Shown: positions 1-10,299 of the stretch, in pieces
Numbering within the stretch: the first letter of the stretch is position 1
How the letters are laid out: each line of letters starts with the position of its first letter
Assembly: GCA_963976625.1 (NCBI GenBank)
Contig: CAXBLA010000004.1
Location: forward strand, 95,189-159,188
DNA from: an uncultured bacterium
GTDB taxonomy: Bacteria > Planctomycetota > Phycisphaerae > Phycisphaerales > UBA1924
Direction of reading: 5' to 3'
Length of the DNA: 64,000 nt
Translations under genes and position numbers: made by a program
Notes under the pieces: model-generated
Told to the model about the DNA's origin: nothing
Database searches by the model: none
The model's input: only the letters and a program-made list of their open reading frames with translations

Positions 1-2013
1 CGAAGCCGTCGAGACCAACACCTGCACCGGCGACTCTGCCTTGGACTTGGGCTTGGTTTGTTTTGCTGTTGGATCACCGAACAGATAGATCGGGGCGTAG
101 ACCGGCTCTTGCTCGAGCATCTTGATCAGCGCCCGGGCCGAGTTGATCGCCGACATCGGGAACCCGGCGAGCGCCCCAGAGATTGATTCAAGCAGCCCGG
201 CCGCCCGCGTGCGGAACTTGGTCGCTTGGGCTTCGTCGCCAGCCACCAGTTCCGCGATATCGATCAGGTTATGGAGCATCACGCCCGACGCCGACGGGAT
301 CGCCCCGTCGTGGACCGACTTGGTGCGCACAAACAGGTCGGCCTGCTGCGCCCGCGTGTCGAAGTACGCCCCGCCGACACCGGCGAAGAGCCCGTGGGCC
401 TCGTCGGCGAGTTCGATGATCGTCTCGATCGACGGAACCCCATCGACCATTGACGAGCGATGGAGTTTGATCAACCCCGACAACAGCATCGCGTAGTCTT
501 CCAGCAAGCCCGGAACCTTGGCGATATTGGCCCGGTAGGCCCGCACCAGCTGATCTGGCTTCATATTGGAGAGGATAAAGCCCGCTGCTCGCTCGGCGGC
601 CTGCACATACCTGGGCTCATTGAATGCCTCGCCTGCCTCGACCAATGCAGCAATCAACAGCCCGTTCCACGAAACAATCACCTTGTCATCGAGCCCCGGC
701 TGCTTGCGTTTGGTGCGTGCCTCCATGAGCTTGGCATTGATCCCATCGACCGATGCCACAAACTCCGCATCGCTCATCGGCGAACGATCAGCCAGCTCAT
801 CGAGCCGGGCCTCAAGACGCAGCACGCTGCGCTTGGGCTCATTGGGATGGTGCGGGTCTTGGAAGTTGGGCCCGCTATCGAGCCCGTAGAGATCGAGTGC
901 GAGCTTGGCTTCGGGCGTGCCTTCGCCGAGGACTTCGTTGATCTGTTCGGGCGTCCACAGATAGTTGAGCCCCTCGCGCCCATCGACCTCTGCGTCTTGC
1001 GCGCTATAGAACCCTGCAGATCCGGGCTGTGACTGCTCAGTCATCTCGCTCAGCGCGTAGTCGAGCGTCTTGCGGGCGATCCGCTCGTAGTACGCATCGC
1101 CGTACACCGCCGCGGCCCGTGTGTACACGCCCGCGAGCTGGGCGTTGTCATAGAGCATCTTCTCAAAGTGCGGCACCGTCCAGAACGAATCCACCGAATA
1201 CCGATGGAACCCGCCCCCTATCTGATCGTTGAGCCCCCCCATCGCCATCGCATCGAGCGTTTTCTTGACCGCCTTGTCGATCGCGATGCGCGTGCCCTCA
1301 TCGGTGTGCGCGCGGAACGCGAGCAGATACTCGAGGAACACGGGCTGGGGGAACTTGGGCGCGCCGCTGAAGCCCCCGTTGGTCGGATCGAATCGCTGGA
1401 GCAAGGCCGAGGTCGCCGCCGAGAGCTGCCCCTCGCCCAGAGCGATCGGCTCGGAATCGCTCGATGCGACCTGCTCGATGACCGCAGTAGCGATCGACTC
1501 CGCCTGCTCGATGACTTGTTGATTCTGTTCCTTCCACGCCTGCGAGAGCCCCTCAAGCAGCTGCGTGAACGACGGTCGCCCGTGCGCCGGCTCGGGCGGG
1601 AAGTAAGTCCCCGCATAAAACGGCTTTCGGCTCTCCGGCTCCAAGAACACCGACATCGGCCAACCGCCCGAACCCGAAAAGATCGTCGTCGCGGCCATAT
1701 AGATCTCATCAATATCCGGACGCTCTTCGCGATCCACCTTGATGCACACGAACCGCTCGTTCATCACCTTGGCGACCGTTTCATGCTCGAACGATTCCCG
1801 CTCCATCACATGACACCAATAACAGGTGGAGTACCCGATCGACAAAAACACCGGCACATCCCGCCGACGCGCCTCGGCAAACGCCTCATCCCCCCACGGG
1901 AACCAGTCCACCGGGTTGTGCGCATGCTGGAGCAAGTACGGCGAGGTCTCACCCGCGAGGGCGTTGGTATGGGTCGGACCTATTGATGCTGGCTGGGCTT
2001 GGCTGGTATCCAT
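1..2013 (-). CDS. Thioredoxin-domain protein, DUF255/YyaL family (5' part; 3' end runs off left edge)
   Basis: My reverse translation from the ATG at 2013-2011 gives [76 protein letters not shown]. [14 protein letters not shown] and CxWCH are family hallmarks. It is absent from the ORF track because no stop lies inside the window. The plus-strand ORFs here are Arg-rich antisense artefacts. Confidence 0.8.
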   Translation of the reverse strand, partial: MDTSQAQPASIGPTHTNALAGETSPYLLQHAHNPVDWFPWGDEAFAEARRRDVPVFLSIGYSTCYWCHVMERESFEHETVAKVMNERFVCIKVDREERPDIDEIYMAATTIFSGSGGWPMSVFLEPESRKPFYAGTYFPPEPAHGRPSFTQLLEGLSQAWKEQNQQVIEQAESIATAVIEQVASSDSEPIALGEGQLSAATSALLQRFDPTNGGFSGAPKFPQPVFLEYLLAFRAHTDEGTRIAIDKAVKKTLDAMAMGGLNDQIGGGFHRYSVDSFWTVPHFEKMLYDNAQLAGVYTRAAAVYGDAYYERIARKTLDYALSEMTEQSQPGSAGFYSAQDAEVDGREGLNYLWTPEQINEVLGEGTPEAKLALDLYGLDSGPNFQDPHHPNEPKRSVLRLEARLDELADRSPMSDAEFVASVDGINAKLMEARTKRKQPGLDDKVIVSWNGLLIAALVEAGEAFNEPRYVQAAERAAGFILSNMKPDQLVRAYRANIAKVPGLLEDYAMLLSGLIKLHRSSMVDGVPSIETIIELADEAHGLFAGVGGAYFDTRAQQADLFVRTKSVHDGAIPSASGVMLHNLIDIAELVAGDEAQATKFRTRAAGLLESISGALAGFPMSAINSARALIKMLEQEPVYAPIYLFGDPTAKQTKPKSKAESPVQVLVSTAS

Positions 2014-2308
2014 GGGGAACTGTAGCAAGAAGCCAGCATGAGATATTGAGGGGCCCAAGATGTGCTCGTTGATTCTTATCAGACGCACCATTGATGCGAT
2101 CGAGGTTGTCCACGGCCGACCCACACTGACAAACACTATTTTTTGTATTTATAACACCGACTTCCAAGGTGAGTCGCTCTACCTGAAGTTTCTCCGTGTA
2201 CCCTGTACATCAAATCAGCACCCGCACCGACAACCTACGGTGCATATCCTGTACACACAGCAACCAGAGTTCATTCATTAAGTATAGAGCACAAAAACCG
2301 TTCTTCTT

Positions 2309-3592
2309 ATGACTACGAAACAGGAATCCCTATCATTGATAAAGAGCGTCCACCGATTGGACTGTGTATTCGCATGCCTTGCTTTTCTGCTCGGCTTCCT
2401 CTGGGTCCTCTGGCTCTGCGAAAGCTCGGGGCTGCAACTCGTCCGCATCGGTCTAGCCGGGCAATATTTCCAATCCGATACATGGCGTGCGTACGACGAC
2501 ATGGCGATCTTTGATGCGAGCCACTATCGCACCAATGTTCACGGCTGGTTCTCGCTCTTCTGGATCCCCATCATCAGTTTGATCGAGTTCTTCGGGTTCC
2601 ATACGCTCCGTGCAATCTGGATCGCCAATGCCATCACCGCCGGGCTCTGGTCGGTCGGCCTGTGGATAGCCGGGCGTTCCCTAGGCGCACGCCGACCAGA
2701 TGCCCTGCTGATCCCCGCCCTCGGGCTGAGTATGTCCGCATCTATGCTCTGGTTTACAGTCCCTGAAACCTATCCGTCAGGCTCACTTGGTATTGTGTTG
2801 TGCTTCCTGATCGGGATCGGGTGGGCGAAGAAGTATCGACTCAACATCCTGGGTGCTTTGGCTGGCGCCTTTGCGATGGGCATGACACTCTCGAATGCCA
2901 CCGCCCTCGGAGCCCAAGCGCTCGGGCTGGGATCTTGGCGCAAGTGCCTCGTGGTCCTGCCCCTCTCCATAGCCATTTACTTCGCGGGCTTTTTGGCGAG
3001 CCGGGCTCTTTTTCCCCAACCACCCTCTGTCCGAATCAGCAACCTTGCGAGTGATTCCGTCTATGTGTACGCCGCCAACCCCGAGCGTATCAAGAACACC
3101 ACCCGATCCATGCTGGTATATACCCTGGCCGCCCCCACCCCTGAGCTCGAGCCAGAGTTTTCACTGTGGAGTGTTCAGCAGGTCCCGCTCGGGGCGATGA
3201 GCACCCTGACAGCCGGATCTGCAATAGCCTGGTGGTTGTTGATCAGCGTATCAATCGCGGTGGTGATCGTCGGACGAACATCCATCCGGGCTCGGGGCCC
3301 CGTGCCGATGGTCTGCCTGAGAGCGGTCCTGCTCTACATCGCGGCCCACACCCTGCTCCATATAGTCTATGGCGAAGAGTCGTTCCTCTACTCTATCCAC
3401 CTCGCCCCCGCCATTGCCCTCTTCTGCGGCTTTGTCTTTTTCATCAAAGACAAATACCTCTGGCCTGTCCGGGCCCTGGCGATCGTGGTCATCGGACTCT
3501 CCATCGCCAATAACTTCGCGCTCATCAATCATCTGACAAGCGTGAAGACCATCGATGACGAACGAGCCAAACGGCTCAGCGGCTTTGAATGA
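2309..3592 (+). CDS. Polytopic integral membrane protein, unknown function
   Basis: 427-aa ORF with about 10 hydrophobic segments (LGFLWVLWLC, ITAGLWSVGLWIAG, AIALFCGFVFFI). It is preceded by the AT-richer non-coding stretch 2014-2308. I recognise no motif. Confidence 0.55.
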   Translation: MTTKQESLSLIKSVHRLDCVFACLAFLLGFLWVLWLCESSGLQLVRIGLAGQYFQSDTWRAYDDMAIFDASHYRTNVHGWFSLFWIPIISLIEFFGFHTLRAIWIANAITAGLWSVGLWIAGRSLGARRPDALLIPALGLSMSASMLWFTVPETYPSGSLGIVLCFLIGIGWAKKYRLNILGALAGAFAMGMTLSNATALGAQALGLGSWRKCLVVLPLSIAIYFAGFLASRALFPQPPSVRISNLASDSVYVYAANPERIKNTTRSMLVYTLAAPTPELEPEFSLWSVQQVPLGAMSTLTAGSAIAWWLLISVSIAVVIVGRTSIRARGPVPMVCLRAVLLYIAAHTLLHIVYGEESFLYSIHLAPAIALFCGFVFFIKDKYLWPVRALAIVVIGLSIANNFALINHLTSVKTIDDERAKRLSGFE

Positions 3593-3616
3593 TTCATCCG
3601 AGCAACCCGCATCTGC

Positions 3617-4363
3617 TCACAGACTTGAGCGATGGAGCTCTTCGATCTCGCCGGACTCATGCTCGATGAGCACCGTGTCGGCTTCGTCGATAAACAACCC
3701 GTGATCGATCACCCCGGGGATGTCATTGAGCTCGGTCGCCAGCTGGGCGAGGTTCTCTGAGCCGTTGAGCGTCGCGTCGAGGACCAGGTTGCCGTTGTCG
3801 GTGATGAAGAGCTGCCCGTCCATCCCCTGGCGGATCACGCCGTTGATGCCGATGTGGCGCAGGGCCTTGCGTGTCGAGACGAGCCCGAACGCCATCACCG
3901 CGATCGGCAGCGGCGTGTCTGTACCGATCTGATCGGCGGCGACTTTGTCCTCGTGGATCATGAAGATCGTCTTCTTGGATGCCCAGCACAGGATCCGCTC
4001 GCGGGTCATCGCGCCGCGAGACCCCTTCATAACCTGCATCTTCCGGTCCACGGCGTCCGCGCCATCGATCAGTACATCGAGCTCTTCGAGCATCGCAAAG
4101 TCAACAATCCGCAAGCCAAGCGAGCGGGCCAGATCCTCGGCACGCTCAGACGCCGCGACGCACTCGACATCGAGCCCCTCGTCGATCACACGCTTAGCGA
4201 GGAACTCGATCCCCCGCGCCGCTGTTCGACCTGAGCCGAGCCCAACCTTCATGCCCGATTCAACCGACGCGACCGCCGCCAGCGCCAGCGCGTCGACGAG
4301 TTCTTGTTGGCTCTGTTGTTCACTCAAATCGGATCCCTTGTGCCAGTTCAAGCGTCTCTCCAA
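3617..4363 (-). CDS. rpiA: Ribose-5-phosphate isomerase A
   Basis: VGLGSGRTAARGIEFL (GxGxGST-type loop), IDGADAVD...MKGSRGAMTRERI and ITDNGNLVLD are collinear with E. coli RpiA. The annotated start overlaps the upstream gene by 44 nt, so the true start may be slightly downstream. Confidence 0.85.
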   Translation of the reverse strand: MERRLNWHKGSDLSEQQSQQELVDALALAAVASVESGMKVGLGSGRTAARGIEFLAKRVIDEGLDVECVAASERAEDLARSLGLRIVDFAMLEELDVLIDGADAVDRKMQVMKGSRGAMTRERILCWASKKTIFMIHEDKVAADQIGTDTPLPIAVMAFGLVSTRKALRHIGINGVIRQGMDGQLFITDNGNLVLDATLNGSENLAQLATELNDIPGVIDHGLFIDEADTVLIEHESGEIEELHRSSL

Positions 4364-5867
4364 ATCCGATGGTGCATGTCTGGCGTCGCATGTACGCCTT
4401 CCATGCGTCGGAGCCGGACTCTCGCCCGCCCCCGGTGTCCTTCTCGCCCCCGAACGCCCCGCCGATTTCCGCCCCCGAGGTGCCTAGGTTTACATACGCG
4501 AGCCCGCAGTCCGAGCCCGCACCCGATGGATCGAGGAACCGCTGAGCCGCGTTCGACGAACCCGCGAAGATCGCGGAGCTGAGCCCCTGATCCACGCTGT
4601 TCTGCATGTCGATCGCTTCTTGGAGGGTCTTGTAGGTGAAGACATAAAGGATCGGTGCAAAGGTTTCCTCGAGCGCCATCGGCAGGTCATTGCCCTTTGG
4701 CGCCCGGATAATTGTAGGCTTGACGAAGTGCCCCGTGGCCAGCTCGCCCTCCAGATCCGTCACGCGTGCCCCGCCGGTCAGCAGCGTCCCGCCCTGCTCG
4801 CACGCGGTCTTAACGGCGTGCTCGTAGCCCTGCACAGACTGCTCGTTGATCAACGGGCCCATCAGGGTCCCCGAATCGAGCGGGTCGCCGATGCGAACGG
4901 TCTCGTACGCCTTGACCAGCTTGTCGCAGAAATCGTCGGCGATCGACTCATGGATAATCAAACGGCGCGTCGAGGTGCACCGCTGCCCAGCCGTGCCGAC
5001 GGATCCAAAGACCGTGGACTTGAGCGCGAGATCCAAATTGGCATCGGCTTCGATAATCACCGCGTTGTTGCCGCCGAGCTCGAGCAATGATCGGCCCAAT
5101 CGGCCAGCGACGACCGAGCCCACATGGCGACCCATGTTGCACGATCCGGTTGCTGAGATCAGCGGGTAGCGACGATCGCGGATCATCGATTCGCCCACGA
5201 TCGCATCGGTGCCGATCACGAGCTGGAAGAGATCGCCGTAGCCCATCTCGGTGGCGACGCGCTGGGCGATATCGTTGGTCGCGATCGCGGTCAGCGGCGC
5301 GATCAATGAGGGCTTCCACACGCAGGTGTCGCCGGCGATGGCCGCGAGCATCGCATTCCAGCCCCAGACCGCATTGGGGAAGTTGAACGCCGTGATGATC
5401 CCGACGGGACCCAGCGGGAGCCACTGTTCTTTCATCGCGTGCTCAGGACGCTCCGACGGCATGGTGATGCCGCACTGCTGGCGGGACTGCCCGACGGCGA
5501 AGTCCGCGATGTCCACGGTCTCCTGCACCTCGCCAATACCCTCGGCCTTGATCTTGCCCATCTCAAGCGAGACCAAAGAGCCGAGCTCTTCGAGCACTTC
5601 GCGATACGCATTGCCGATCCGGCGGACGAGCTCGCCACGCTTGGGCGCGGGGATCTTGCGGAACTCTTTGAACGCAGCCGCGGCTTTGGCGGTCACCGCT
5701 TCGTAGTCCTCCTGCGAGTCGAGCCGAACGCCGGCGATGGGCTTGCCCGTCGCGGGGTTGTACGAGAGAACGATGCCGTCCTTCTCAGGGGTCTCGTCGC
5801 CGGTGAAATCGGTGACAATACGGGGGTGATTGACGAGATTGAGCTTGGTAAGGAGTTGGTGTGTCAT
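4320..5867 (-). CDS. Aldehyde dehydrogenase, ALDH7 (alpha-aminoadipic/piperideine-6-carboxylate semialdehyde dehydrogenase-like) family
   Basis: LELGGNNAVIIEADANLDLALKSTVFGSVGTAGQRCTSTRRLIIHESI closely resembles the antiquitin-type catalytic Cys region. The ORF extends to 5903; the ATG at 5867 (MTHQLL) is the more plausible start. Confidence 0.85.
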   Translation of the reverse strand: MTHQLLTKLNLVNHPRIVTDFTGDETPEKDGIVLSYNPATGKPIAGVRLDSQEDYEAVTAKAAAAFKEFRKIPAPKRGELVRRIGNAYREVLEELGSLVSLEMGKIKAEGIGEVQETVDIADFAVGQSRQQCGITMPSERPEHAMKEQWLPLGPVGIITAFNFPNAVWGWNAMLAAIAGDTCVWKPSLIAPLTAIATNDIAQRVATEMGYGDLFQLVIGTDAIVGESMIRDRRYPLISATGSCNMGRHVGSVVAGRLGRSLLELGGNNAVIIEADANLDLALKSTVFGSVGTAGQRCTSTRRLIIHESIADDFCDKLVKAYETVRIGDPLDSGTLMGPLINEQSVQGYEHAVKTACEQGGTLLTGGARVTDLEGELATGHFVKPTIIRAPKGNDLPMALEETFAPILYVFTYKTLQEAIDMQNSVDQGLSSAIFAGSSNAAQRFLDPSGAGSDCGLAYVNLGTSGAEIGGAFGGEKDTGGGRESGSDAWKAYMRRQTCTIGFGETLELAQGIRFE

Positions 5868-6012
5868 TGGGCAAGGGTATGCGGGCGGGTGCGAGCAGGA
5901 CAATCACCAGTGGGGTTTCAACTTGGGAAGAATAAAAAATCGGATGACTCATGCGAGCAGCAGCGATCGCACCCATTGTGCGCCCGATTCGCATACCCTA
6001 AGAAGCACCCCA

Positions 6013-7683
6013 ATGAAGACCGAGCCTACCCATCCCGTCTCAAAGCCGCAACACCCCCCGCGGCTCGCCCGCCCGGTGGCGCATGTGCTGGCGCTGGCGC
6101 CCCTCGATGTCTGGGTTCGGCTCCTGCGGCGCAACGGCGGGGTTTCGCCACGATACTGGGCCCGCATGGGCGGCATCCTCATCACCAGCTTCGTGGGCAC
6201 AATCTCGACAGTCCACGAACGCCTGATCCTCAGCGTCATCCGCACGCGGCTGTTTGGGCGCGATCCACAGATCAACCACGAGCCGGGCACGGTGGTGATC
6301 TTGGGCTACTACCGATCGGGCACGACCCACCTGCACAACCTGATGAGCTGCGATCGCCGGTTTGTCACGCCGCGCTGGTCGCAGTGCTTGGCCGGGCAGG
6401 GATTTGTGTTCGGATGGTCGGTGCTCCGATTTGTGCTGGTGCCGTTTTTGAACCCGACGCGCCCGCAGGACGCCGTCGGCTTCGGGCCCGACTGGCCGGC
6501 CGAGGACGACTTCGCGCTGTGCACCTGGGGGATGTGCAGCTCGATCCCCGGGCGGTTTGTGTGGCCGAGCCAGTGGGAAGACTCCAAACGCTGGCACACG
6601 CTCGAAGGGCTCAGCGACGATGAACTCAGCCGATGGCGATCGCTCACCGCCATGTTCGTCTGGAAGCTCACCCGCCCCAAACGCAGCCGAGCCAAGGTCG
6701 TCCTGCTCAAAACCCCGAGCCACACCGCCCGCGTCCAAGAGCTCAATCAACTCTTCGGCGGGTGCGTCAAGTTCGTACACCTTGTGCGCGATCCCGACGC
6801 CGTGATCGAGTCGAATGTCCGCCTGCACGATGCGCTGAGCCCCCACCTGCTCGAAGACGCCCCGGATATCCAGATCGTCCGCGACCGGATCGTCGAGGAG
6901 TACGCCCTCACCGAGGCCAAGTGCCGTGGTGAGAGCCAGACGCTCGACTCGGACCAGTATGTGCGGGTACGCTATCAGGACCTGCGGGCCAACGGGCTGA
7001 GCACCCTGCGGACCATCTACGACACGCTCGGGCTCGACTGGACCCAGCAGACCGAGACTGATACACACAAATACCTCGCGCAGCTCGGGGCGTACAACTC
7101 GACCAAAGAACCCATCGAGCTCGGGGACGACTCGCCCAACGAACAGGCGATCAAAGCCGAGATGGTCGAGCGGTACGGGCTCAATGCCCCCGCGATCGAG
7201 CGGGCCAGTATCGAACACATCGAACCAACGCCCCCTCGCGTAGGACCAGCGATCACCGCAGCCATCGGCGCGACGCTCGCGTGCATCGCGATCTGGCTCG
7301 GGCTGGTCTGGGCGATCGGCGAAATCTGGCCCACCGTCTACCCACGCCTGATCCCAGCCGTCTGGCTCAGCGGGGCGGCCATCGGGCTCGCCACCCGCAA
7401 AGCCGCCCGCAATGGCTCGATCAAACTCGGCATCGTGGCGGGTCTGCTGACGATCTTGGTGGTGCTGGCCGTCGCGTTCCCGGTGGCGATTATCAACTAC
7501 AACTTCGCGTCGGAGTATTCAACCAAGGTCTGGATCCACCACAACACCAAGTACGGGATCGAGGGGCTCAAGAGCGTCGCGTCGATAGTCTTCATCGCCC
7601 TGGGCGCGATCACGGCCTTCCGCCACGCGAGCAACACCGGACCAGCCGCCCCGGGCACCGGCTGCGAAGAACGGATACCATAA
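6013..7683 (+). CDS. Sulfotransferase-domain protein with C-terminal 4-TM membrane domain
   Basis: VILGYYRSGTTHLHNLMS is a 5'-PSB P-loop-like motif and LLKTPSHTARVQEL is a 3'-PB-like motif. The C-terminal roughly 170 aa has four hydrophobic helices. The long ORF begins at 5830, but that overlaps the divergent ALDH gene; ATGs at 5944 or 6013 are likelier starts. Confidence 0.7.
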   Translation: MKTEPTHPVSKPQHPPRLARPVAHVLALAPLDVWVRLLRRNGGVSPRYWARMGGILITSFVGTISTVHERLILSVIRTRLFGRDPQINHEPGTVVILGYYRSGTTHLHNLMSCDRRFVTPRWSQCLAGQGFVFGWSVLRFVLVPFLNPTRPQDAVGFGPDWPAEDDFALCTWGMCSSIPGRFVWPSQWEDSKRWHTLEGLSDDELSRWRSLTAMFVWKLTRPKRSRAKVVLLKTPSHTARVQELNQLFGGCVKFVHLVRDPDAVIESNVRLHDALSPHLLEDAPDIQIVRDRIVEEYALTEAKCRGESQTLDSDQYVRVRYQDLRANGLSTLRTIYDTLGLDWTQQTETDTHKYLAQLGAYNSTKEPIELGDDSPNEQAIKAEMVERYGLNAPAIERASIEHIEPTPPRVGPAITAAIGATLACIAIWLGLVWAIGEIWPTVYPRLIPAVWLSGAAIGLATRKAARNGSIKLGIVAGLLTILVVLAVAFPVAIINYNFASEYSTKVWIHHNTKYGIEGLKSVASIVFIALGAITAFRHASNTGPAAPGTGCEERIP

Positions 7684-7687
7684 ACCC

Positions 7688-8134
7688 ATGATGAAACTGG
7701 CAGTCGTTTTTGTAGGAGGCGGGCTCGGATCCGTGCTGCGCTACGCGATGGGGCTGCTCGTCGCCAAGCTCACACCAGCTAGTTCATCGGCCAGCTCATC
7801 GGCCGTTGAATCCGCGACCGGTTCCACGCCCCACTGGCTGGCGATGTACCCGCTCGCCACCATGAGCGTCAACATCATCGGGTGCGCCCTGATCGGATTC
7901 CTCTGGGGCATGCTCGGCGACCCGGAAGAAGGCAACGAGACCCTCCGCCTCGCCCTGATCGTCGGGCTCCTAGGCGGCTTCACGACTTTCTCCTCGTTCG
8001 GCTGGGAAACCCTCGACCTGATGAGCAACGGGCGCACCGCCATCGCGATCGGGTATGTGCTTCTCAGCATCGCCCTCGGATTGCTCGCGGCATGGGGCGG
8101 GCACGCGATCGCAACCCTGATCTCTGGAACATAA
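7688..8134 (+). CDS. crcB: Fluoride ion channel CrcB/FluC
   Basis: GGGLGSVLRY at the N-terminus and LGGFTTFSSF in the second half are classic CrcB motifs. It starts 4 nt after the sulfotransferase stop. Confidence 0.9.
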   Translation: MMKLAVVFVGGGLGSVLRYAMGLLVAKLTPASSSASSSAVESATGSTPHWLAMYPLATMSVNIIGCALIGFLWGMLGDPEEGNETLRLALIVGLLGGFTTFSSFGWETLDLMSNGRTAIAIGYVLLSIALGLLAAWGGHAIATLISGT

Positions 8135-8137
8135 CCC

Positions 8138-8611
8138 ATGCTCATCACCATCATCCGACACGGCCAAGCACACGGGCAATCCCCCACCGGGCGCGACCGC
8201 GATCGCACGCTCACCGAGCTCGGGCACCAACAAGCCCGATCGGCCGGCAGCTACCTCGCGGAATGTGCGCACACGCCCGGCCATCTATTCGCTTCGCCCT
8301 ATGTCCGCACACAGCAGACCCTCGACGAGATCAACGCCGTGCTCGATCTCCCGACCACGACCGACGATCGTTTGGCCGCCGACCAAGGGCTCTCCGAAAT
8401 GTGCGCTCTAATTGAAGATCACCGCGACCATGATTCCATCGCGCTCATCTCTCACATGCCCACGGTGGGCGCACTCGTCACACTATTGACCCAAGGCCCG
8501 GGCGTGCCCGGGGCATCGCTGCAAACCAGCGAAGTCGTGATCGTGCGCACAACCGACAACCAGCTCATCGGCTCATGCGAGCTCGTCGATCGCTATCGCT
8601 GGACGGATTAG
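8138..8611 (+). CDS. Histidine phosphatase superfamily protein, SixA-like
   Basis: MLITIIRHGQAH (RHG catalytic motif at the extreme N-terminus), about 157 aa, with ISHMPTVG later. This matches SixA-like size and layout. Confidence 0.65.
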   Translation: MLITIIRHGQAHGQSPTGRDRDRTLTELGHQQARSAGSYLAECAHTPGHLFASPYVRTQQTLDEINAVLDLPTTTDDRLAADQGLSEMCALIEDHRDHDSIALISHMPTVGALVTLLTQGPGVPGASLQTSEVVIVRTTDNQLIGSCELVDRYRWTD

Positions 8612-8620
8612 TCTTCTGCA

Positions 8621-10189
8621 TTAATCTTCAATATTGTCGAGCACATGCTCTTTGATCCACCGATTGATCCGGGTCGCCTGCGTGGGTAGCCCCGCGAAGA
8701 TCAGCTCGTGCCCGATGGGATAGGTCCACCGCTCGGGCTGTCCGAGCTGCTGATAGAGCAGGTCGCCGGTCTCGGCGGGCACGGCTTCGTCCGTGCTCGC
8801 GTGCAGGATCAGCACCGGAACATCGTGCATCTCCTGAGCCGTGTGGTACGCGTCGAGCTTCGACGCCCGGAGGTACGCATCCGAGAGCGCTTCGAGCTGT
8901 CCATCCGCAGGCTCAAAGACATTGCCGAAGGTGTTCGACCCGGGTGCTTGTTCGTTCCAGAACTCAAAGACCAGCGCGTCGATCCAGTGCTTATAGTTCG
9001 ACTCGATCGCGATCTTCATGAAATCCGCCCCGCCGGCGATCAGCACCGAGCCGGCGTAGGTCTCGGGCGCATACGCGTAGACCGTGGGCAGCATCATCGC
9101 CCCGCCGGACATGCCCACGAGCACGACGGGCTTGCCATCCATTTCAGGGCGTTTGCCCGCGACAAAGTCCACCGCCGCCTTGGTCGCGTACGCACCCTCG
9201 GCGACGCGCTCATCGCTCAGCTCTGCGGCGATCTTCGCGTCGTCGGCTTCGTGCCCGAGCCTCACCTTGAAGAGCCGATGCTGGGTGTATCGCGACGGAT
9301 GCGAACGCATCCGCAGCACCGCGAATCCATTTTTGTACCAGTACTTCTCGAGCCCATCGATAATCACATCGGGCGTGCCGAACATCCCCGGCAGCAGCAC
9401 GATCGTCCCGTTGGCTTCGCTGACTCCCTTGAGCACCGGATCGCGATAAGTAAACCAAGTCCGCTGGAGCTCGACATAGTCCTCGTCCGGATTGACCATG
9501 CGCCGCGAGCTGGCGGTGCTGTCTTTGCTGTCTTTGTGTGGGGCTTCGATCGGCTCACCCAAGGTCAGCTCGAAGACCTCGTCTTCGCCGGTCTCCTTGT
9601 TCTTGATCTTGGCCTTGAACTTCTTGGGGAGCTCATTGTGAACATCAGCCTCCGGCGTGGGCGTAGCCGGCGGGATGGGCGTCGCCGAGACGAACTTGAA
9701 TGCCAAATCCGGCATATCGGCTGCATTCTGCTTGCCCGAGTCCTTCGTGATATCCGGGGTCGCGGTGTTCTCGGGATTCGGAATGAACAAGAACGAGCCC
9801 GGCCCCTCGGCTTTGAACTTGAACCCACGCGTAATCCCGATGTCCGCCGCGAGCTGGTTGGCATCGCTGTATTCGATCGGGGTCGAGCGGAACTGATGTG
9901 TGCGCGAGAGATGGATCGGACGCAGCGGCTCCTCGGGATCAAGCTCAATAATCGTCCCGCGCTGCTCATCATCGCCCCCCCACCGCGTCGGCCAGCGGAC
10001 ATCGACTGTGGAAGATTCGGCGGGTTCGGAGCGGGCGGTTTCTCGACGGGCTGACACATGATCCCCCGCATACGATGCCGACGCCCCCTGAACCTGAGGA
10101 GCGAGTTGCACGGATCGGCATCCAGTGGCCGCCAATCCGGCTGGCAAAGCGGTCAAAAGCACAGAAATCATCAAACGGCTCATCATCAT
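8621..10189 (-). CDS. Alpha/beta-hydrolase fold lipoprotein
   Basis: The signal peptide plus lipobox MMMSRLMISVLLTALPAGLAATGC suggests a start near 10189 (the ORF extends to 10243). It has the nucleophile-elbow-like VLVGMSGGAM and a C-terminal ILHASTDEAVP...IGHE typical of the fold. Confidence 0.6.
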   Translation of the reverse strand: MMMSRLMISVLLTALPAGLAATGCRSVQLAPQVQGASASYAGDHVSARRETARSEPAESSTVDVRWPTRWGGDDEQRGTIIELDPEEPLRPIHLSRTHQFRSTPIEYSDANQLAADIGITRGFKFKAEGPGSFLFIPNPENTATPDITKDSGKQNAADMPDLAFKFVSATPIPPATPTPEADVHNELPKKFKAKIKNKETGEDEVFELTLGEPIEAPHKDSKDSTASSRRMVNPDEDYVELQRTWFTYRDPVLKGVSEANGTIVLLPGMFGTPDVIIDGLEKYWYKNGFAVLRMRSHPSRYTQHRLFKVRLGHEADDAKIAAELSDERVAEGAYATKAAVDFVAGKRPEMDGKPVVLVGMSGGAMMLPTVYAYAPETYAGSVLIAGGADFMKIAIESNYKHWIDALVFEFWNEQAPGSNTFGNVFEPADGQLEALSDAYLRASKLDAYHTAQEMHDVPVLILHASTDEAVPAETGDLLYQQLGQPERWTYPIGHELIFAGLPTQATRINRWIKEHVLDNIED

Positions 10190-10299
10190 CTCCAACGGAT
10201 ATACTGGTTTCCTTGGATGCCCGGGGGCTCCCCTGTCGATCATACCGGATAATCGAGCCCATACTGACCAAAAAAAACGAACTCAACACGGCGATATTA

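Noticed and set aside
122-1986. Several plus-strand ORFs (460-1032, 1168-1986 and others) and the minus-strand ORF 1218-1712
   Set aside because: They are Arg/Pro/Ser-rich, low-complexity translations typical of off-frame or antisense reading of a high-GC gene. The real gene is the minus-strand DUF255 protein that runs off the window edge.
2202-2255. Two copies of CCTGTACA 46 bp apart upstream of the 2309 membrane-protein gene
   Set aside because: 8-mers are too short to distinguish from chance without genome-wide statistics.
6040-7218. Long antisense ORFs opposite well-supported genes (for example 6040-7218, 8708-10054, 10297-11325, 11691-12392, 13350-14237, 14796-15695, 16548-17615, 49631-50773, 51406-52284, 58984-59820, 62211-63254)
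   Set aside because: Each fully overlaps a gene with clear family motifs. Their products are compositionally biased (R/G/D/H-rich) and contain no recognisable motif.
7600-7690. Looked for a fluoride riboswitch upstream of crcB
   Set aside because: Only 4 nt separate crcB from the preceding stop codon, and the upstream sequence is coding.
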